A DNA stretch of 64,000 nucleotides from a virus. Taxonomy: Duplodnaviria; Heunggongvirae; Uroviricota; Caudoviricetes. The DNA is taken from positions 31,480-95,479 of the IMG/VR virus record IMGVR_UViG_3300029516_000004, one strand, 5' to 3'. How positions within the stretch are numbered: the first letter of the stretch is position 1; each line of letters opens with the position of its first letter. The notes under the pieces are model-generated. The model was not told the origin of the DNA. It searched no databases and worked only from the letters and a program-made list of their open reading frames with translations. Made by a program: the position numbers and the translations under genes. Positions 1 through 10,637 of the stretch are shown here, in pieces.

Positions 1-491
1 AGAAATGCCAGATTACGTATATCCTGGCAGCGATCGCTATTTTCCATGAGTGAACGAACCTGGTCGAAATCAGTGCGTTCGAACGCCAGCGCCTGTTTTG
101 CACGCTCACCGGCATCAACGTTTTCTTTTCGGATCCGTCGCATGACCAGTGAAACAGCATTGCTGTCACTTGGTCGTGGCAGCCCGGACCGACGATGAAG
201 CATATTTAGCTGGCCCAAATGTTGCTGGATAGTTTTCACTGCCAGACCGCGCGCCTGAAGATATAGAAGATAATCGCGAACATCTTCAGGTTCTGCGGGA
301 AACCACTTCCGGTTATTCAACTTGCACCATGCCGCCCACGACCGGCAAACGGACAGAAGCATTTTCCAGGTATGCTCAGAAAACGCCTGGCGATCCCTGA
401 ACATGTCCATCAGGTTCTTGCGAACCTCATCACTCGTTGCATCGACCGGTAATGCAGGCAAATTTTGGTGTACGGTCAGTAAATTAGACAT
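1..491 (-). CDS. cre: Cre tyrosine site-specific recombinase, N-terminal 163 codons (3' end lies beyond window start)
   Basis: Reverse-strand translation from ATG at 491 gives MSNLLTVHQNLPALPVDATSDEVRKNLMDMFRDRQAFSEHTWKMLLSVCRSWAAWCKLNNRKWFPAEPEDVRDYLLYLQARGLAVKTIQQHLGQLNMLHRRSGLPRPSDSNAVSLVMRRIRKENVDAGERAKQALAFERTDFDQVRSLMENSDRCQDIRNLAF, recognised as P1 Cre; ORF runs off the window edge so absent from the ORF track. Confidence 0.97.
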   Translation of the reverse strand, partial: MSNLLTVHQNLPALPVDATSDEVRKNLMDMFRDRQAFSEHTWKMLLSVCRSWAAWCKLNNRKWFPAEPEDVRDYLLYLQARGLAVKTIQQHLGQLNMLHRRSGLPRPSDSNAVSLVMRRIRKENVDAGERAKQALAFERTDFDQVRSLMENSDRCQDIRNLAF

Positions 492-498
492 TTAACAC

Positions 499-720
499 TC
501 AGATAATGGTTTTAAGTAAAGTGTACAGGATCGGCTCTGCCTTTACCTGTTTATGGTTCTCGTCATAGAAACGCCAGCGACCGCGCGTGCGTTCTATTTT
601 CTCTTCACCGCGCGATAATGACAGTTGGCAACTATCACGCTCAAACCCTTTTGCCCGCCAGTAACCACGGTTTTTCTCAAGCTCAAGATGAGTGGACACT
701 TTAGCAGCTGAATATCCCAT
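499..720 (-). CDS. hypothetical 73-aa protein between loxP and cre
   Basis: ORF-track ORF; GAGGTG Shine-Dalgarno 5 nt upstream of ATG at 720; ends 8 nt before cre start; function unknown. Confidence 0.35.
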   Translation of the reverse strand: MGYSAAKVSTHLELEKNRGYWRAKGFERDSCQLSLSRGEEKIERTRGRWRFYDENHKQVKAEPILYTLLKTII

Positions 721-809
721 TTTTCACCTCTGATTGATTGGTGGTGCTAAGTGCGCTACGCGAAATCTGGAGCACTAACACTGCCAACATTTCGCAGATT
801 TTACGTAGC

Positions 810-840
810 GCAACCTTGATCAAATGATCAAGTGATCACT
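810..840. promoter_or_regulatory. GATC (Dam) cluster in cre upstream region
   Basis: Three GATC within 20 bp (818-821, 826-829, 834-837) in TTGATCAAATGATCAAGTGATCAC; consistent with a Dam-sensitive cre promoter. Confidence 0.45.
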
Positions 841-909
841 ATTTGACCTGATAAGGTATTGAACTGTATGGATTTACAGGTAAATTGATCATATTCAATA
901 ACCCTTAAG

Positions 910-943
910 ATAACTTCGTATAATGTATGCTATACGAAGTTAT
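910..943. other. loxP: loxP recombination site (34 bp)
   Basis: Exact ATAACTTCGTATAATGTATGCTATACGAAGTTAT: 13-bp inverted repeats flanking 8-bp spacer. Confidence 0.98.
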
Positions 944-986
944 TAGGTCTGAAGAGGGGTTTACTTCCAGCTGCGCATAAAAATCA

Positions 987-1003
987 AGAATTATTAGAGC
1001 AAT
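987..1003. promoter_or_regulatory. C1 operator-like 17-mer (reverse orientation)
   Basis: agAATTATTAGAGCAAT, 15/17 match to reverse complement of ATTGCTCTAATAAATTT. Confidence 0.6.
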
Positions 1004-1069
1004 AAATTTTGAGAGAAAAATCCCACTCCACCAGCCAAAAACTGGATTGCTTTTCATAGTTGTTTGACA

Positions 1070-1086
1070 ATTGCTCTAATAAATTA
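1070..1086. promoter_or_regulatory. C1 operator 17-mer upstream of coi-c1
   Basis: ATTGCTCTAATAAATTA (16/17), immediately preceded by TTGACA. Confidence 0.7.
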
Positions 1087-1324
1087 TAGTTTTGCCGCCG
1101 TTTCGTAATACGACTTTGGATTCACTATTTAATGTGTCTTCAGCGTTGTAGAGCGGCTCAGAAGGAAATGAGCAAACAGGGAAACCTTATACAACGGCAT
1201 TACAGCTATGCATTGCTCATCTTACACACAGCGCAATGTTGTTAGATTACCCCAGCATGGATCATGGGTGAAACAGTAGGTCAGAGCTTCAGGCTCTGTG
1301 TTGTCAATACAGTGAGGCATAATT

Positions 1325-1534
1325 ATGGCTTTCATTCCACCAACCATCGACGACGTTAGACATTGCTCTAACGCTTTATCTGTAGACCCTGCCGAAACCG
1401 ACGCTGCCCGCGCCATTGCTGAACACTACTCAAAGATATCCAATCAGGAGTACCGCATCACCCAAGACGACCTGGATGATCTCACTGACACAATCGAATA
1501 TCTCATGGCCACTAACCAGCCAGACTCACAATAA
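1325..1534 (+). CDS. coi: Coi, C1 inactivator (69 aa)
   Basis: 69-aa ORF directly upstream of c1 in same orientation; size and position match P1 coi. Confidence 0.75.
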   Translation: MAFIPPTIDDVRHCSNALSVDPAETDAARAIAEHYSKISNQEYRITQDDLDDLTDTIEYLMATNQPDSQ

Positions 1535-1644
1535 ATGCACTAATAAATCTATTATTTTCGTTGGATCCTTCTATAATGGTGGCCAACAACTCCCAGTGTA
1601 ATCCGCTGTGAGTTGTTGGCCATGTCAATTCTGGAGGAGGATCA

Positions 1645-2496
1645 ATGATAAATTATGTCTACGGCGAACAACTGTACCAGGAGTTCGTCAGCTTCAGGGA
1701 TCTCTTTCTAAAAAAAGCTGTTGCACGCGCCCAACACGTTGATGCCGCCAGCGACGGTCGTCCTGTACGCCCGGTTGTCGTTCTGCCGTTCAAAGAAACG
1801 GACAGCATTCAGGCTGAAATTGATAAATGGACTTTAATGGCGCGGGAACTGGAACAGTACCCAGATCTCAATATCCCAAAGACTATTTTATATCCTGTGC
1901 CTAACATCCTTCGCGGTGTGCGTAAGGTTACGACTTATCAGACAGAAGCTGTGAACAGCGTCAATATGACCGCTGGCCGCATTATTCATCTGATTGATAA
2001 GGACATTCGCATCCAAAAAAGCGCGGGGGTCAATGAGCACAGTGCGAAATACATAGAGAACCTGGAAGCAACAAAAGAGCTAATGAAGCAGTACCCGGAG
2101 GATGAAAAATTCCGTATGCGCGTACACGGCTTTAGCGAAACAATGCTGCGCGTCCATTACATTTCCAGTAGCCCTAACTACAATGATGGTAAATCAGTTA
2201 GTTACCATGTGCCGCTATGTGGCGTGTTTATCTGCGATGAAACTCTCCGAGATGGAATCATCATCAACGGTGAATTTGAGAAAGCAAAATTTAGCCTTTA
2301 TGACTCTATAGAACCGATCATCTGCGACCGCTGGCCGCAGGCAAAAATATATCGCCTGGCAGATATTGAAAATGTAAAAAAACAAATTGCCATCACTCGC
2401 GAAGAGAAAAAGGTCAAATCAGCCGCATCAGTTACGCGCAGCCGTAAAACTAAGAAGGGGCAGCCAGTAAACAGCAACCCCGAAAGCGCGCAATAG
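1645..2496 (+). CDS. c1: C1 repressor of lytic functions (283 aa)
   Basis: 283-aa ORF with strong GGAGGAGG RBS, between coi and pacB as in P1; its predicted 17-bp operator recurs at about 12 sites in the window. Confidence 0.85.
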   Translation: MINYVYGEQLYQEFVSFRDLFLKKAVARAQHVDAASDGRPVRPVVVLPFKETDSIQAEIDKWTLMARELEQYPDLNIPKTILYPVPNILRGVRKVTTYQTEAVNSVNMTAGRIIHLIDKDIRIQKSAGVNEHSAKYIENLEATKELMKQYPEDEKFRMRVHGFSETMLRVHYISSSPNYNDGKSVSYHVPLCGVFICDETLRDGIIINGEFEKAKFSLYDSIEPIICDRWPQAKIYRLADIENVKKQIAITREEKKVKSAASVTRSRKTKKGQPVNSNPESAQ

Positions 2497-2521
2497 TTTT
2501 CCATCCGGCATGGTCAAATTG

Positions 2522-4006
2522 TTATTCATTAAGCCATGCCAGAGCTTCATCAACCTGCGCTTCGTCTTCGACGCTAAGCACTTCATCTTGGGGAACATAG
2601 TTCGCCAACATAGCGAAACAATATGTATCCCAATGGTCCGGTGAGTGCAGGTTGAGTTTTTTCTTCATATCTTCCTTTGACATCACCTTCCATTGACCTG
2701 CGGAATTTATCCCTACCGGTATCTTTGATGCTTCCTCTATAGTCGCAGCCCCCTTATCAAGCCGCATACGCCCTGATTTTACAGCTTCTGCCGCCTGAAT
2801 ATTCGCGAAAGCGCGCATATCGAAATAAAGGCTTTTATCTTCACGGCTGTGCATCTTTTTACCCCAGCGGATACGCTGGACGGTAATACCATAGCGTTCG
2901 TACATCAGATCAGCCGTCGATTTCCCCAAGCCATCGCCATCAATAGCTATGGTTATGTTCGGGAACCGTTCTGGGTTACATTCTGCGAAAATCTTGGCGG
3001 CTAACTGCGTTTCTGTAACGTCTGTGTATTCCAGCATACGATAGTTGATTACACGGCGTTTATTTCGCTGGCCGGACACCATCATGATATTAATAACGGA
3101 CTTATCTCGTCCTGCGCCACCAGCAACGTCAACACATGCAACCCAGCCCCATCCTTTGGCAATCTTGACCTTTCGCCGCGTCGCCCGCTCAACCTCATCA
3201 CGACCAAGAAGAAAGCCATCTTGAGATTTGGGAAATTCACCACGTACTTTAATCATATACATGGGGTTATCACGACCGCCATACTCCGCAAGTTTTGCTC
3301 GTATAAATTTTGCATCTACAAGCGGAGATTCTTCACTATTCAGTATTATCGCAGTAAACAATCCATCAGGATTTCCCGGGCGAATAGCTAGTCTGTGGTG
3401 TGAATCGTAGAAATAGCCTGAAGGTCGCGTAGGCTGGGAAAGAAGCAGAATACGGTTATCCTTACCGGTCAGCGCACCTGTTATCACACTGAATGCTTTA
3501 TCACTCACACCCGACGCTTCGTCGATGATATACAAGAGATGATCGGCGTGTTCACCAGCCAACGCCTCCTCATTTCCGGGGCGACAGGACTTTATCAATA
3601 TTGTCCAAACACCCTTGCCAGTCACCTCAAAAAAAGACGTTTCTGTAAGAATGAAATACTTCGACAACCACGGGAATCTGCTAACAGCAGTAGCCCAATT
3701 GCTCTTTATGTATTTGAAAATACCATCAAGGACTTGCTGTCTTTTGTTAGCGACCAGAATAACGCGAGCGCCGGGGAAAAACATGATGAAGAGTATTGCA
3801 ATGATACTCGTCATATCCGACTTACCAGTACCATGGCCGGAGGTCACACTTGTCCAACTGCCGTCCTGCTGCGTGGACTCAATGATCTCATCCTGCTGCC
3901 AGGTTGGTGTCTTCCCAAACAACACATCAGCGGCCGCAATCCAGTCATAACGATATAGCGCCACCAGCTCGCGCCAACGTGGGTCCGTTACGCAACTTCT
4001 GGCCAT
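2522..4006 (-). CDS. pacB: PacB terminase large subunit (494 aa)
   Basis: 494 aa, start overlaps pacA stop; synteny pacA-pacB-c1. Confidence 0.85.
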   Translation of the reverse strand: MARSCVTDPRWRELVALYRYDWIAAADVLFGKTPTWQQDEIIESTQQDGSWTSVTSGHGTGKSDMTSIIAILFIMFFPGARVILVANKRQQVLDGIFKYIKSNWATAVSRFPWLSKYFILTETSFFEVTGKGVWTILIKSCRPGNEEALAGEHADHLLYIIDEASGVSDKAFSVITGALTGKDNRILLLSQPTRPSGYFYDSHHRLAIRPGNPDGLFTAIILNSEESPLVDAKFIRAKLAEYGGRDNPMYMIKVRGEFPKSQDGFLLGRDEVERATRRKVKIAKGWGWVACVDVAGGAGRDKSVINIMMVSGQRNKRRVINYRMLEYTDVTETQLAAKIFAECNPERFPNITIAIDGDGLGKSTADLMYERYGITVQRIRWGKKMHSREDKSLYFDMRAFANIQAAEAVKSGRMRLDKGAATIEEASKIPVGINSAGQWKVMSKEDMKKKLNLHSPDHWDTYCFAMLANYVPQDEVLSVEDEAQVDEALAWLNE

Positions 4007-5199
4007 TAATCATCATCCCCGTACAGTTTGCGGGTAACTTCTTCGTCTTCCTCCTCGTCTTCGTCCAGATCCTGTTCAAGCCATGCTTCGTTTGATATGC
4101 CTTCCGCATCGACATCACCATAACCACCTGTATCGACGATATCGGCAATTTCTTCTCTACGATGCTCAATCCACAATGCGGCATCAGCGCGGCGGCTGGC
4201 GGCCCGTTCTCGCGCGATTTTATCCAGATCTTCAAGTGATGGAGCGCCAGATGCTGTTTGGTTTTCCTCGTCATCGGTATTGGTCTTAGGAGCACGCAGA
4301 TCGGCTTTGATTTGCTCCAGCATCAGGGGCGGCACTTTCCCTCCATGCGCCTCGATGAATTCAGCTGCTTCCAGCACTGACCAGTTATTTTCACGCTTTC
4401 GTTCGTATGCCAGCTTAACAATGCCAGCTTGCCCCATAGATAAAGCGTGCTTTTCCGCCTCCCGGCTTTCTTTTCGATAGTTATTCCGGATGCTGTAAAT
4501 GGTGTTGATCAGGCTGCTTATCTGCGCGGAACAGCTGTTTAGCATGCTCGCGATACGGTATTCAGGCGGAGTACCTTCATCATCGTCTTTTTGCTGATCG
4601 CGCATTTCCTGCACCAGGCGAATACACGTATCCCTGGCGTTCTCCAGCATAAGGAGATGAGAAAGAGACTTTTCAAGAAGAGTGGTTTCCAGAACATCGG
4701 CCCCGGACCGACGCAACATAGCGCGCGCGGCCTTCCGTGCTTCAACGTTATCTATCAGGTAATCGCCAGCTTCGAATTCAAAGCGTTCACCATCATCATC
4801 CAGGGTGTCGCGTTCCAGGCGATCACGTAAGGTACGGTGGGCGCGAGTGATCACGTCATGATCATCAGAACGATCATTTATGCGCTTATTTTGGCGCTTA
4901 GCGTTCTCGACTGCGGCACTGACAACAGCATTAACTCTTTGTTTTTCAGCCATTTCAGCCACAATGTGATCACCTGCACGTTGATCATTAGCGTGATCAA
5001 TGATCATGCTTTTTAGTGGTTTCCTGACAGGCTTATTTGGCTTACGACTGTCCGCTGTTCCGGTGTCTTCTTTGAATGCACGGAGATAACGACGTGCGGT
5101 GTTTGGGTTGAGATTAAACTCGGCGGCATATTGTGCGATGGTGTAACCACCATCTCGCGCCAGGCGAGCAAAATTCTTCTTGTGATCGTCCCAGGTCAC
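4006..5199 (-). CDS. pacA: PacA terminase subunit (397 aa), contains pac site
   Basis: 397 aa; the GATC-hexamer pac site lies in its 5' coding region. Confidence 0.85.
   Translation of the reverse strand: MTWDDHKKNFARLARDGGYTIAQYAAEFNLNPNTARRYLRAFKEDTGTADSRKPNKPVRKPLKSMIIDHANDQRAGDHIVAEMAEKQRVNAVVSAAVENAKRQNKRINDRSDDHDVITRAHRTLRDRLERDTLDDDGERFEFEAGDYLIDNVEARKAARAMLRRSGADVLETTLLEKSLSHLLMLENARDTCIRLVQEMRDQQKDDDEGTPPEYRIASMLNSCSAQISSLINTIYSIRNNYRKESREAEKHALSMGQAGIVKLAYERKRENNWSVLEAAEFIEAHGGKVPPLMLEQIKADLRAPKTNTDDEENQTASGAPSLEDLDKIARERAASRRADAALWIEHRREEIADIVDTGGYGDVDAEGISNEAWLEQDLDEDEEEDEEVTRKLYGDDD
4821..5008. other. pac: pac packaging site with clustered TGATCA/G hexamers
   Basis: Two clusters of four Dam-site hexamers each (around 4821-4876 and 4965-5006) flanking a central segment, inside pacA. 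Confidence 0.75.
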
Positions 5200-5285
5200 T
5201 TATGCTTCCTTTCGTATAAAACTCTTTTTGACGCGAGGGTAACGAAAGTCACATGTCAAAAGGCCCGGAACGGGCAAGCAATCAA

Positions 5286-5738
5286 TCAGATACGTGCGGA
5301 TGTAGCATTACCGTAATGACGGTGCTGACGGGCCACCTTATTGAAAAGTTGACGCGCCATTACCCAAGGCTGGTGCTCCCGGCGTTCCTTTTCGTCCTGC
5401 GTCATATAGAGTTCGTTCTGGAGTTTTTCATCAAACCGGCGCGGAGCGCGGCTACGGCGAAAGAATTCAGGATTCAGAGAGTGGATCTGAAATCTACGTG
5501 GGCGTGTACTGTCATCAATCAAAACAGACGAATACTTAGACACAGCGATAGCCTTTAAGCGCAGATAAACATCGCGCTTATCGACATCCAGATGCGGGTA
5601 TTCCTTTTCAAGAATTGCTGCGAGTTCTTTCGCTGATAGAAGAGATTTAGTGCGGATCATGTAATCCGCAATCTCGTACGATGTTATTCGTGAGTGATTT
5701 ATTTCCATGAAGTGGCGTCCCTGCCAGTTAAGTAACAT
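5286..5738 (-). CDS. lpa: Lpa late promoter activator (150 aa)
   Basis: 150-aa ORF immediately upstream of pacA with operator-like site upstream; matches P1 gene 10 position and size. Confidence 0.7.
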   Translation of the reverse strand: MLLNWQGRHFMEINHSRITSYEIADYMIRTKSLLSAKELAAILEKEYPHLDVDKRDVYLRLKAIAVSKYSSVLIDDSTRPRRFQIHSLNPEFFRRSRAPRRFDEKLQNELYMTQDEKERREHQPWVMARQLFNKVARQHRHYGNATSARI

Positions 5739-5808
5739 CCTGTCACCTACTGATTAGCCCATGTCAACTAATCAACGTGGAATATAATACCCTCGATTAA
5801 AGAAATAG

Positions 5809-5825
5809 CAATACATTAGAGCAAT
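5809..5825. promoter_or_regulatory. C1 operator-like site upstream of lpa
   Basis: caATACATTAGAGCAAT, 14/17 to operator reverse complement. Confidence 0.5.
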
Positions 5826-5826
5826 T

Positions 5827-6870
5827 TTATCTAACGCTCAACGAGTGACTTGTGATAGCGCCGACTCCAAGCGCGTAATCAAAGAACAATCGTTGATGCA
5901 TCGCCAGCCTACCGTGCGTCTTCTCCCAATTATCGCGGTCACGCTCAATATCACGCTGGCATGACTGGCACAGAGGAATTGCGTAAATGTCATGCGCGCA
6001 TAATCGACTATGACGAACAATATAAGGCGTAATGTGAGCGCCAGCTCCCGCCGCTCCACACCCACAGCATGGACGGGAAGCAACAAAGTCCATGTACTCA
6101 GGTAATTTTAGCGATTGCAGTTTTGGTATTTTGAAATGCGCCATGCCAGGGTCGGAGTCAACATCCACAGGGCATACTTTTGCACGCATCGGCGCGGCGC
6201 GTTCTTCCATCATCTGAACATATGCTGTAGCGCGATCGTCATACGGGCGAATATCCGCCTCTTTCAGAGGTCCGCTATCCTGCGTTGCGGCTTTCATCTT
6301 ATTTATTGATATACGGCAAACTTCTTCCGGCATCAGGTGCATCATGTTGCGCATGAAAGCCCACCAGCACAGTTCCTGAATACTTAAATCATGGCCATCT
6401 GAAAGCCCCATTTCCTGACGGGCGACATCCAGTATCCAGTTAACGCGATTATTATGCAGCGTTTCTTTCAGCTCATTAAAACCACGCATCCGGTAATGGT
6501 TATCGTGATGCCAGCACAGCAACACCGCGCTATTGTCTCGTTCAGCGTGGACAATATGGTTGTCACACCAACTATGATCTGCGGCCTGGCATCGCCCCTC
6601 TTTCCTGCGCAACCACGCCACCAGCGCGTCAATTCCACCAATACGACGAAACAGCTCATCGCTGTTAAAAAACGGCTGCAACGCCTCATTTGTTGCCATG
6701 GTTTGCTCGGAAACAACGAGGCCGTCGTCCATGTGCTCGATTAACTCACGCGGCACCGGCTCCATAATAAATTTACGGCCAGCCTCCACCAGCTTTCTGA
6801 CCTCCTGATCCACTTTGAACGTGGCGAGGCCAAGCTCTTTCTGTACAAAGGGAGTAATTACGGCTTTCAC
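5827..6870 (-). CDS. hypothetical Cys/His-rich protein (347 aa), post-doc region
   Basis: ORF-track ORF; motifs CWHHDNH and [12 protein letters not shown]...CQSCQ suggest a metal-binding, possibly HNH-like, fold. Confidence 0.6.
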   Translation of the reverse strand: MKAVITPFVQKELGLATFKVDQEVRKLVEAGRKFIMEPVPRELIEHMDDGLVVSEQTMATNEALQPFFNSDELFRRIGGIDALVAWLRRKEGRCQAADHSWCDNHIVHAERDNSAVLLCWHHDNHYRMRGFNELKETLHNNRVNWILDVARQEMGLSDGHDLSIQELCWWAFMRNMMHLMPEEVCRISINKMKAATQDSGPLKEADIRPYDDRATAYVQMMEERAAPMRAKVCPVDVDSDPGMAHFKIPKLQSLKLPEYMDFVASRPCCGCGAAGAGAHITPYIVRHSRLCAHDIYAIPLCQSCQRDIERDRDNWEKTHGRLAMHQRLFFDYALGVGAITSHSLSVR

Positions 6871-6897
6871 ATCACACCTTTAATCACTGATTGGGCT

Positions 6898-7098
6898 TTA
6901 TCTGCTGCCCGGCATTCTCTGTTTAAGCACAACCATTTCCTGACGGCATAACACAGCAATAGCGGTCCTGGCACCAATTTGCTTACCAACCAGGTATTGC
7001 TTTACCTTGCGGCGACTCACGCCATCAAGAAGCATCTTTAACGCTTCACGGGACAATTTGTTGTATTTGCGTGCCATTAATCTACTCCGCAGAACCAT
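6898..7098 (-). CDS. hypothetical small basic protein (66 aa)
   Basis: ORF immediately downstream of doc, overlapping its stop. Confidence 0.45.
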   Translation of the reverse strand: MVLRSRLMARKYNKLSREALKMLLDGVSRRKVKQYLVGKQIGARTAIAVLCRQEMVVLKQRMPGSR

Positions 7099-7462
7099 AC
7101 AATCTACGTAACGTGTCGGCGACAGAAGATACAGATATCTCGCCAGTCGCAGCGCCTACGGTAAGGTCTGCCAGTTCAGGTGAATCAAATACCTGCACCC
7201 CGTTACGGCGTAGAAATAGCAGCGCACTGTTTAGCGCGGTACGCTTATTGGCATCATTGAATATATGCCCTCTCGCTGTAGCCACCAGGTAGGTGGCGGA
7301 GACTTCGAAAAGGTCGGTGATCTCTTCGTAGGCAACTCTGGCCTGAACTCTCCCGATAATGGCCTCTGCCCTACCCGGATCTGACATTCCCGGCAGGCCG
7401 CCGTAGCGGTTTATATTCGCATCATGAAGCGCAATAAGTTCTTCCGGTGATATATGCCTCAT
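7082..7462 (-). CDS. doc: Doc toxin (Fic-fold kinase), 126 aa
   Basis: [43 protein letters not shown]... recognised as P1 Doc; start overlaps phd stop. Confidence 0.95.
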   Translation of the reverse strand: MRHISPEELIALHDANINRYGGLPGMSDPGRAEAIIGRVQARVAYEEITDLFEVSATYLVATARGHIFNDANKRTALNSALLFLRRNGVQVFDSPELADLTVGAATGEISVSSVADTLRRLYGSAE

Positions 7463-7683
7463 TATCGGTTAACCAGTTCCTTGTTGGTGGAGTCCAGGGT
7501 GTCAAACAGGGATGCAAATTCAGCATCCAGCGCCGCTTTTTTGTAGGCTTCGAAAGTAGCCTTGCTGACAATTACTGCTGGCTCACGGCCTCTGCGGGTG
7601 ATTTCAACCTCTTCCCCGGCCTCAACATTGTTGAGCACTTCAGAAAGGTTGCCGCGCGCGGTACGGAAGTTAATGGATTGCAT
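7462..7683 (-). CDS. phd: Phd antitoxin, 73 aa
   Basis: [73 protein letters not shown] recognised as P1 Phd. Confidence 0.95.
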   Translation of the reverse strand: MQSINFRTARGNLSEVLNNVEAGEEVEITRRGREPAVIVSKATFEAYKKAALDAEFASLFDTLDSTNKELVNR

Positions 7684-7692
7684 AAATACCTC

Positions 7693-7720
7693 GTGTACTC
7701 GTTATGTGTACACAATTATA
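7693..7720 (-). promoter_or_regulatory. phd-doc promoter/operator with GTGTAC palindromes
   Basis: TATAAT (minus strand, 7715-7720) followed by TGTGTACACA and GTGTAC half-sites just upstream of phd RBS. Confidence 0.5.
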
Positions 7721-7859
7721 AACTTCACAGGCATAAAGCACCAGCACTTTGCGGCTTAACAAACCTCTAGGCAGGTCATTCGTAGCCTAATGTCCGAACT
7801 GCTAAAGCATCCAAGTTGCTGTAGAATCACCGCCAATTACATAAGCCTGAAATAAGTGG

Positions 7860-9422
7860 ATGAAAATGACAAGTATTCAACAACGTGCAGAGCTTCATCG
7901 TCAAATCTGGCAAATTGCTAACGATGTCAGGGGTTCGGTCGATGGATGGGATTTTAAGCAATACGTTCTGGGCGCACTTTTCTACCGTTTTATCAGCGAA
8001 AATTTTTCCAGCTATATTGAAGCCGGGGATGACAGTATCTGTTATGCGAAACTGGATGACAGCGTAATTACTGATGACATTAAAGACGATGCTATCAAAA
8101 CTAAAGGCTACTTCATCTACCCCAGTCAGCTTTTCTGCAACGTAGCGGCGAAAGCAAATACCAATGACAGACTGAATGCAGATTTAAACAGCATCTTCGT
8201 TGCTATCGAAAGTTCTGCTTACGGTTATCCTTCAGAAGCTGACATCAAAGGTTTGTTTGCTGATTTCGATACCACCAGTAACCGCCTGGGTAACACCGTT
8301 AAAGATAAAAATGCCCGCCTGGCTGCGGTTCTGAAAGGGGTTGAAGGGTTAAAACTTGGTGACTTCAACGAACATCAGATTGACCTGTTCGGTGATGCCT
8401 ATGAGTTCCTGATCTCTAACTATGCGGCAAATGCCGGTAAGTCAGGCGGCGAGTTCTTTACACCGCAGCACGTCTCTAAGCTGATTGCACAACTGGCTAT
8501 GCACGGGCAGACCCACGTTAACAAAATCTACGACCCGGCAGCAGGCTCCGGTTCGCTGTTGTTGCAGGCTAAAAAACAGTTTGATGACCATATCATCGAA
8601 GAAGGTTTTTTTGGTCAGGAAATCAACCATACGACCTATAACCTGGCGCGTATGAACATGTTTTTGCACAACATCAACTACGACAAGTTTGATATCAAGC
8701 TGGGCAATACGCTGACTGAACCGCACTTCAGAGATGAAAAACCGTTTGATGCCATCGTTTCTAACCCGCCGTATTCGGTGAAATGGATTGGCAGCGATGA
8801 CCCGACGCTGATTAACGATGAACGTTTTGCCCCGGCTGGCGTTCTGGCCCCCAAATCCAAAGCTGACTTTGCGTTTGTATTACATGCGCTGAACTATCTT
8901 TCTGCCAAAGGTCGTGCTGCGATTGTTTGCTTCCCGGGTATTTTTTACCGTGGCGGTGCGGAGCAGAAAATCCGTCAGTATCTGGTCGACAATAACTATG
9001 TCGAAACCGTGATTTCACTGGCACCGAATCTGTTCTTTGGCACCACCATTGCCGTCAATATTCTGGTGCTGTCTAAACATAAAACCGATACCAAAGTTCA
9101 GTTTATTGACGCCAGCGAACTATTCAAAAAAGAGACCAACAACAATATCCTGACCGATGCCCATATCGAACAGATTATGCAGGTATTTGCCAGCAAGGAA
9201 GATGTTGCTCATCTGGCGAAATCAGTCGCGTTTGAGACCGTTGTTGCTAATGACTATAACCTGTCGGTGAGCAGCTATGTTGAAGCGAAAGATACTCGCG
9301 AAATTATCGATATCGCTGAGTTGAATGCAGAGCTGAAAACCACGGTCAGCAAAATCGACCAGTTGCGTAAAGATATTGATGCAATTGTGGCTGAAATTGA
9401 AGGCTGCGAGGTGCAGAAATGA
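7860..9422 (+). CDS. hsdM: Type I R-M N6-adenine DNA methyltransferase HsdM (520 aa)
   Basis: Motif [12 protein letters not shown] and motif IV SNPPY; translationally coupled to hsdS (ATGA overlap). Confidence 0.95.
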   Translation: MKMTSIQQRAELHRQIWQIANDVRGSVDGWDFKQYVLGALFYRFISENFSSYIEAGDDSICYAKLDDSVITDDIKDDAIKTKGYFIYPSQLFCNVAAKANTNDRLNADLNSIFVAIESSAYGYPSEADIKGLFADFDTTSNRLGNTVKDKNARLAAVLKGVEGLKLGDFNEHQIDLFGDAYEFLISNYAANAGKSGGEFFTPQHVSKLIAQLAMHGQTHVNKIYDPAAGSGSLLLQAKKQFDDHIIEEGFFGQEINHTTYNLARMNMFLHNINYDKFDIKLGNTLTEPHFRDEKPFDAIVSNPPYSVKWIGSDDPTLINDERFAPAGVLAPKSKADFAFVLHALNYLSAKGRAAIVCFPGIFYRGGAEQKIRQYLVDNNYVETVISLAPNLFFGTTIAVNILVLSKHKTDTKVQFIDASELFKKETNNNILTDAHIEQIMQVFASKEDVAHLAKSVAFETVVANDYNLSVSSYVEAKDTREIIDIAELNAELKTTVSKIDQLRKDIDAIVAEIEGCEVQK

Positions 9423-10636
9423 GCGAGTTGAGTTATCTGGAAAAATTGATGGATGGGGTTGAAGTTGAGTGGTTGCCACTCTCAAAAGTATTCAACTTAA
9501 GGAATGGTTATACACCGTCTAAAACTAAAAAAGAATTTTGGGCGAATGGTGATATACCTTGGTTCAGAATGGATGACATACGTGAAAATGGTAGAATTCT
9601 AGGGAGTTCACTTCAAAAAATTTCATCCTGCGCCGTAAAAGGGGGGAAACTATTTCCTGAAAATTCAATATTAATATCAACGTCGGCAACAATTGGTGAG
9701 CATGCTTTAATCACTGTACCTCATCTAGCCAATCAAAGGTTTACATGTTTGGCTTTAAAAGAGTCTTATGCTGATTGCTTTGATATTAAATTTTTATTTT
9801 ACTACTGTTTTTCTTTAGCTGAGTGGTGCCGAAAAAACACAACGATGTCCAGTTTTGCGTCTGTTGATATGGATGGATTCAAAAAATTTTTAATCCCTCG
9901 CCCCTGCCCGGATAATCCGGAAAAATCCCTTGCCATCCAGTCTGAAATCGTGCGAATTCTGGACAAATTCAGCGCCCTTACTGCAGAGCTTACTGCAGAG
10001 CTTACTGCAGAGCTTAGCATGCGTAAAAAACAATACAACTACTATCGCGACCAGTTGTTGAGTTTTAAAGAGGATGAGGTTGAGGGTAAGAGGAAAACCT
10101 TAGGGGAAATTATGAAGATGCGTGCCGGACAACATATTTCGGCTCATAATATAATTGAAAGAAAAGAAGAGAGTTATATATATCCTTGTTTTGGAGGAAA
10201 TGGCATACGGGGTTACGTCAAAGAAAAAAGTCATGATGGAGAACATCTATTAATAGGGCGACAAGGAGCATTGTGTGGTAATGTTCAAAGAATGAAAGGC
10301 CAGTTCTATGCTACAGAACATGCTGTTGTAGTTTCAGTCATGCCCGGGATTAACATTGACTGGGCATTTCATATGTTAACGGCAATGAATCTAAACCAAT
10401 ATGCTTCAAAATCGGCACAACCGGGACTTGCTGTAGGGAAATTACAGGAATTGAAATTATTTGTCCCTTCAATAGAGAGACAAATATATATTGCCGCAAT
10501 ACTCGATAAATTCGACACTCTGACCAACTCCATCACCGAAGGTCTCCCGCGTGAAATCGAGTTACGCCAGAAACAGTACGAATATTATCGAGATATGCTA
10601 TTTAGTTTCCTGAAGCCGGAAGTAGCAGAGGCATGA
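9419..10636 (+). CDS. hsdS: Type I R-M specificity subunit HsdS, type IC-like (405 aa)
   Basis: Two AT-rich variable TRD-like halves separated by a conserved central region carrying [13 protein letters not shown]; conserved C-terminal repeat region. Confidence 0.92.
   Translation: MSELSYLEKLMDGVEVEWLPLSKVFNLRNGYTPSKTKKEFWANGDIPWFRMDDIRENGRILGSSLQKISSCAVKGGKLFPENSILISTSATIGEHALITVPHLANQRFTCLALKESYADCFDIKFLFYYCFSLAEWCRKNTTMSSFASVDMDGFKKFLIPRPCPDNPEKSLAIQSEIVRILDKFSALTAELTAELTAELSMRKKQYNYYRDQLLSFKEDEVEGKRKTLGEIMKMRAGQHISAHNIIERKEESYIYPCFGGNGIRGYVKEKSHDGEHLLIGRQGALCGNVQRMKGQFYATEHAVVVSVMPGINIDWAFHMLTAMNLNQYASKSAQPGLAVGKLQELKLFVPSIERQIYIAAILDKFDTLTNSITEGLPREIELRQKQYEYYRDMLFSFLKPEVAEA
9977..10012 (+). 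repeat. 3 x 12-bp in-frame tandem repeat CTTACTGCAGAG encoding (LTAE)x3 in hsdS central spacer
   Basis: Perfect triplicate at 9977-9988, 9989-10000, 10001-10012, plus partial fourth unit. Confidence 0.95.
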
Positions 10637-10637
10637 C

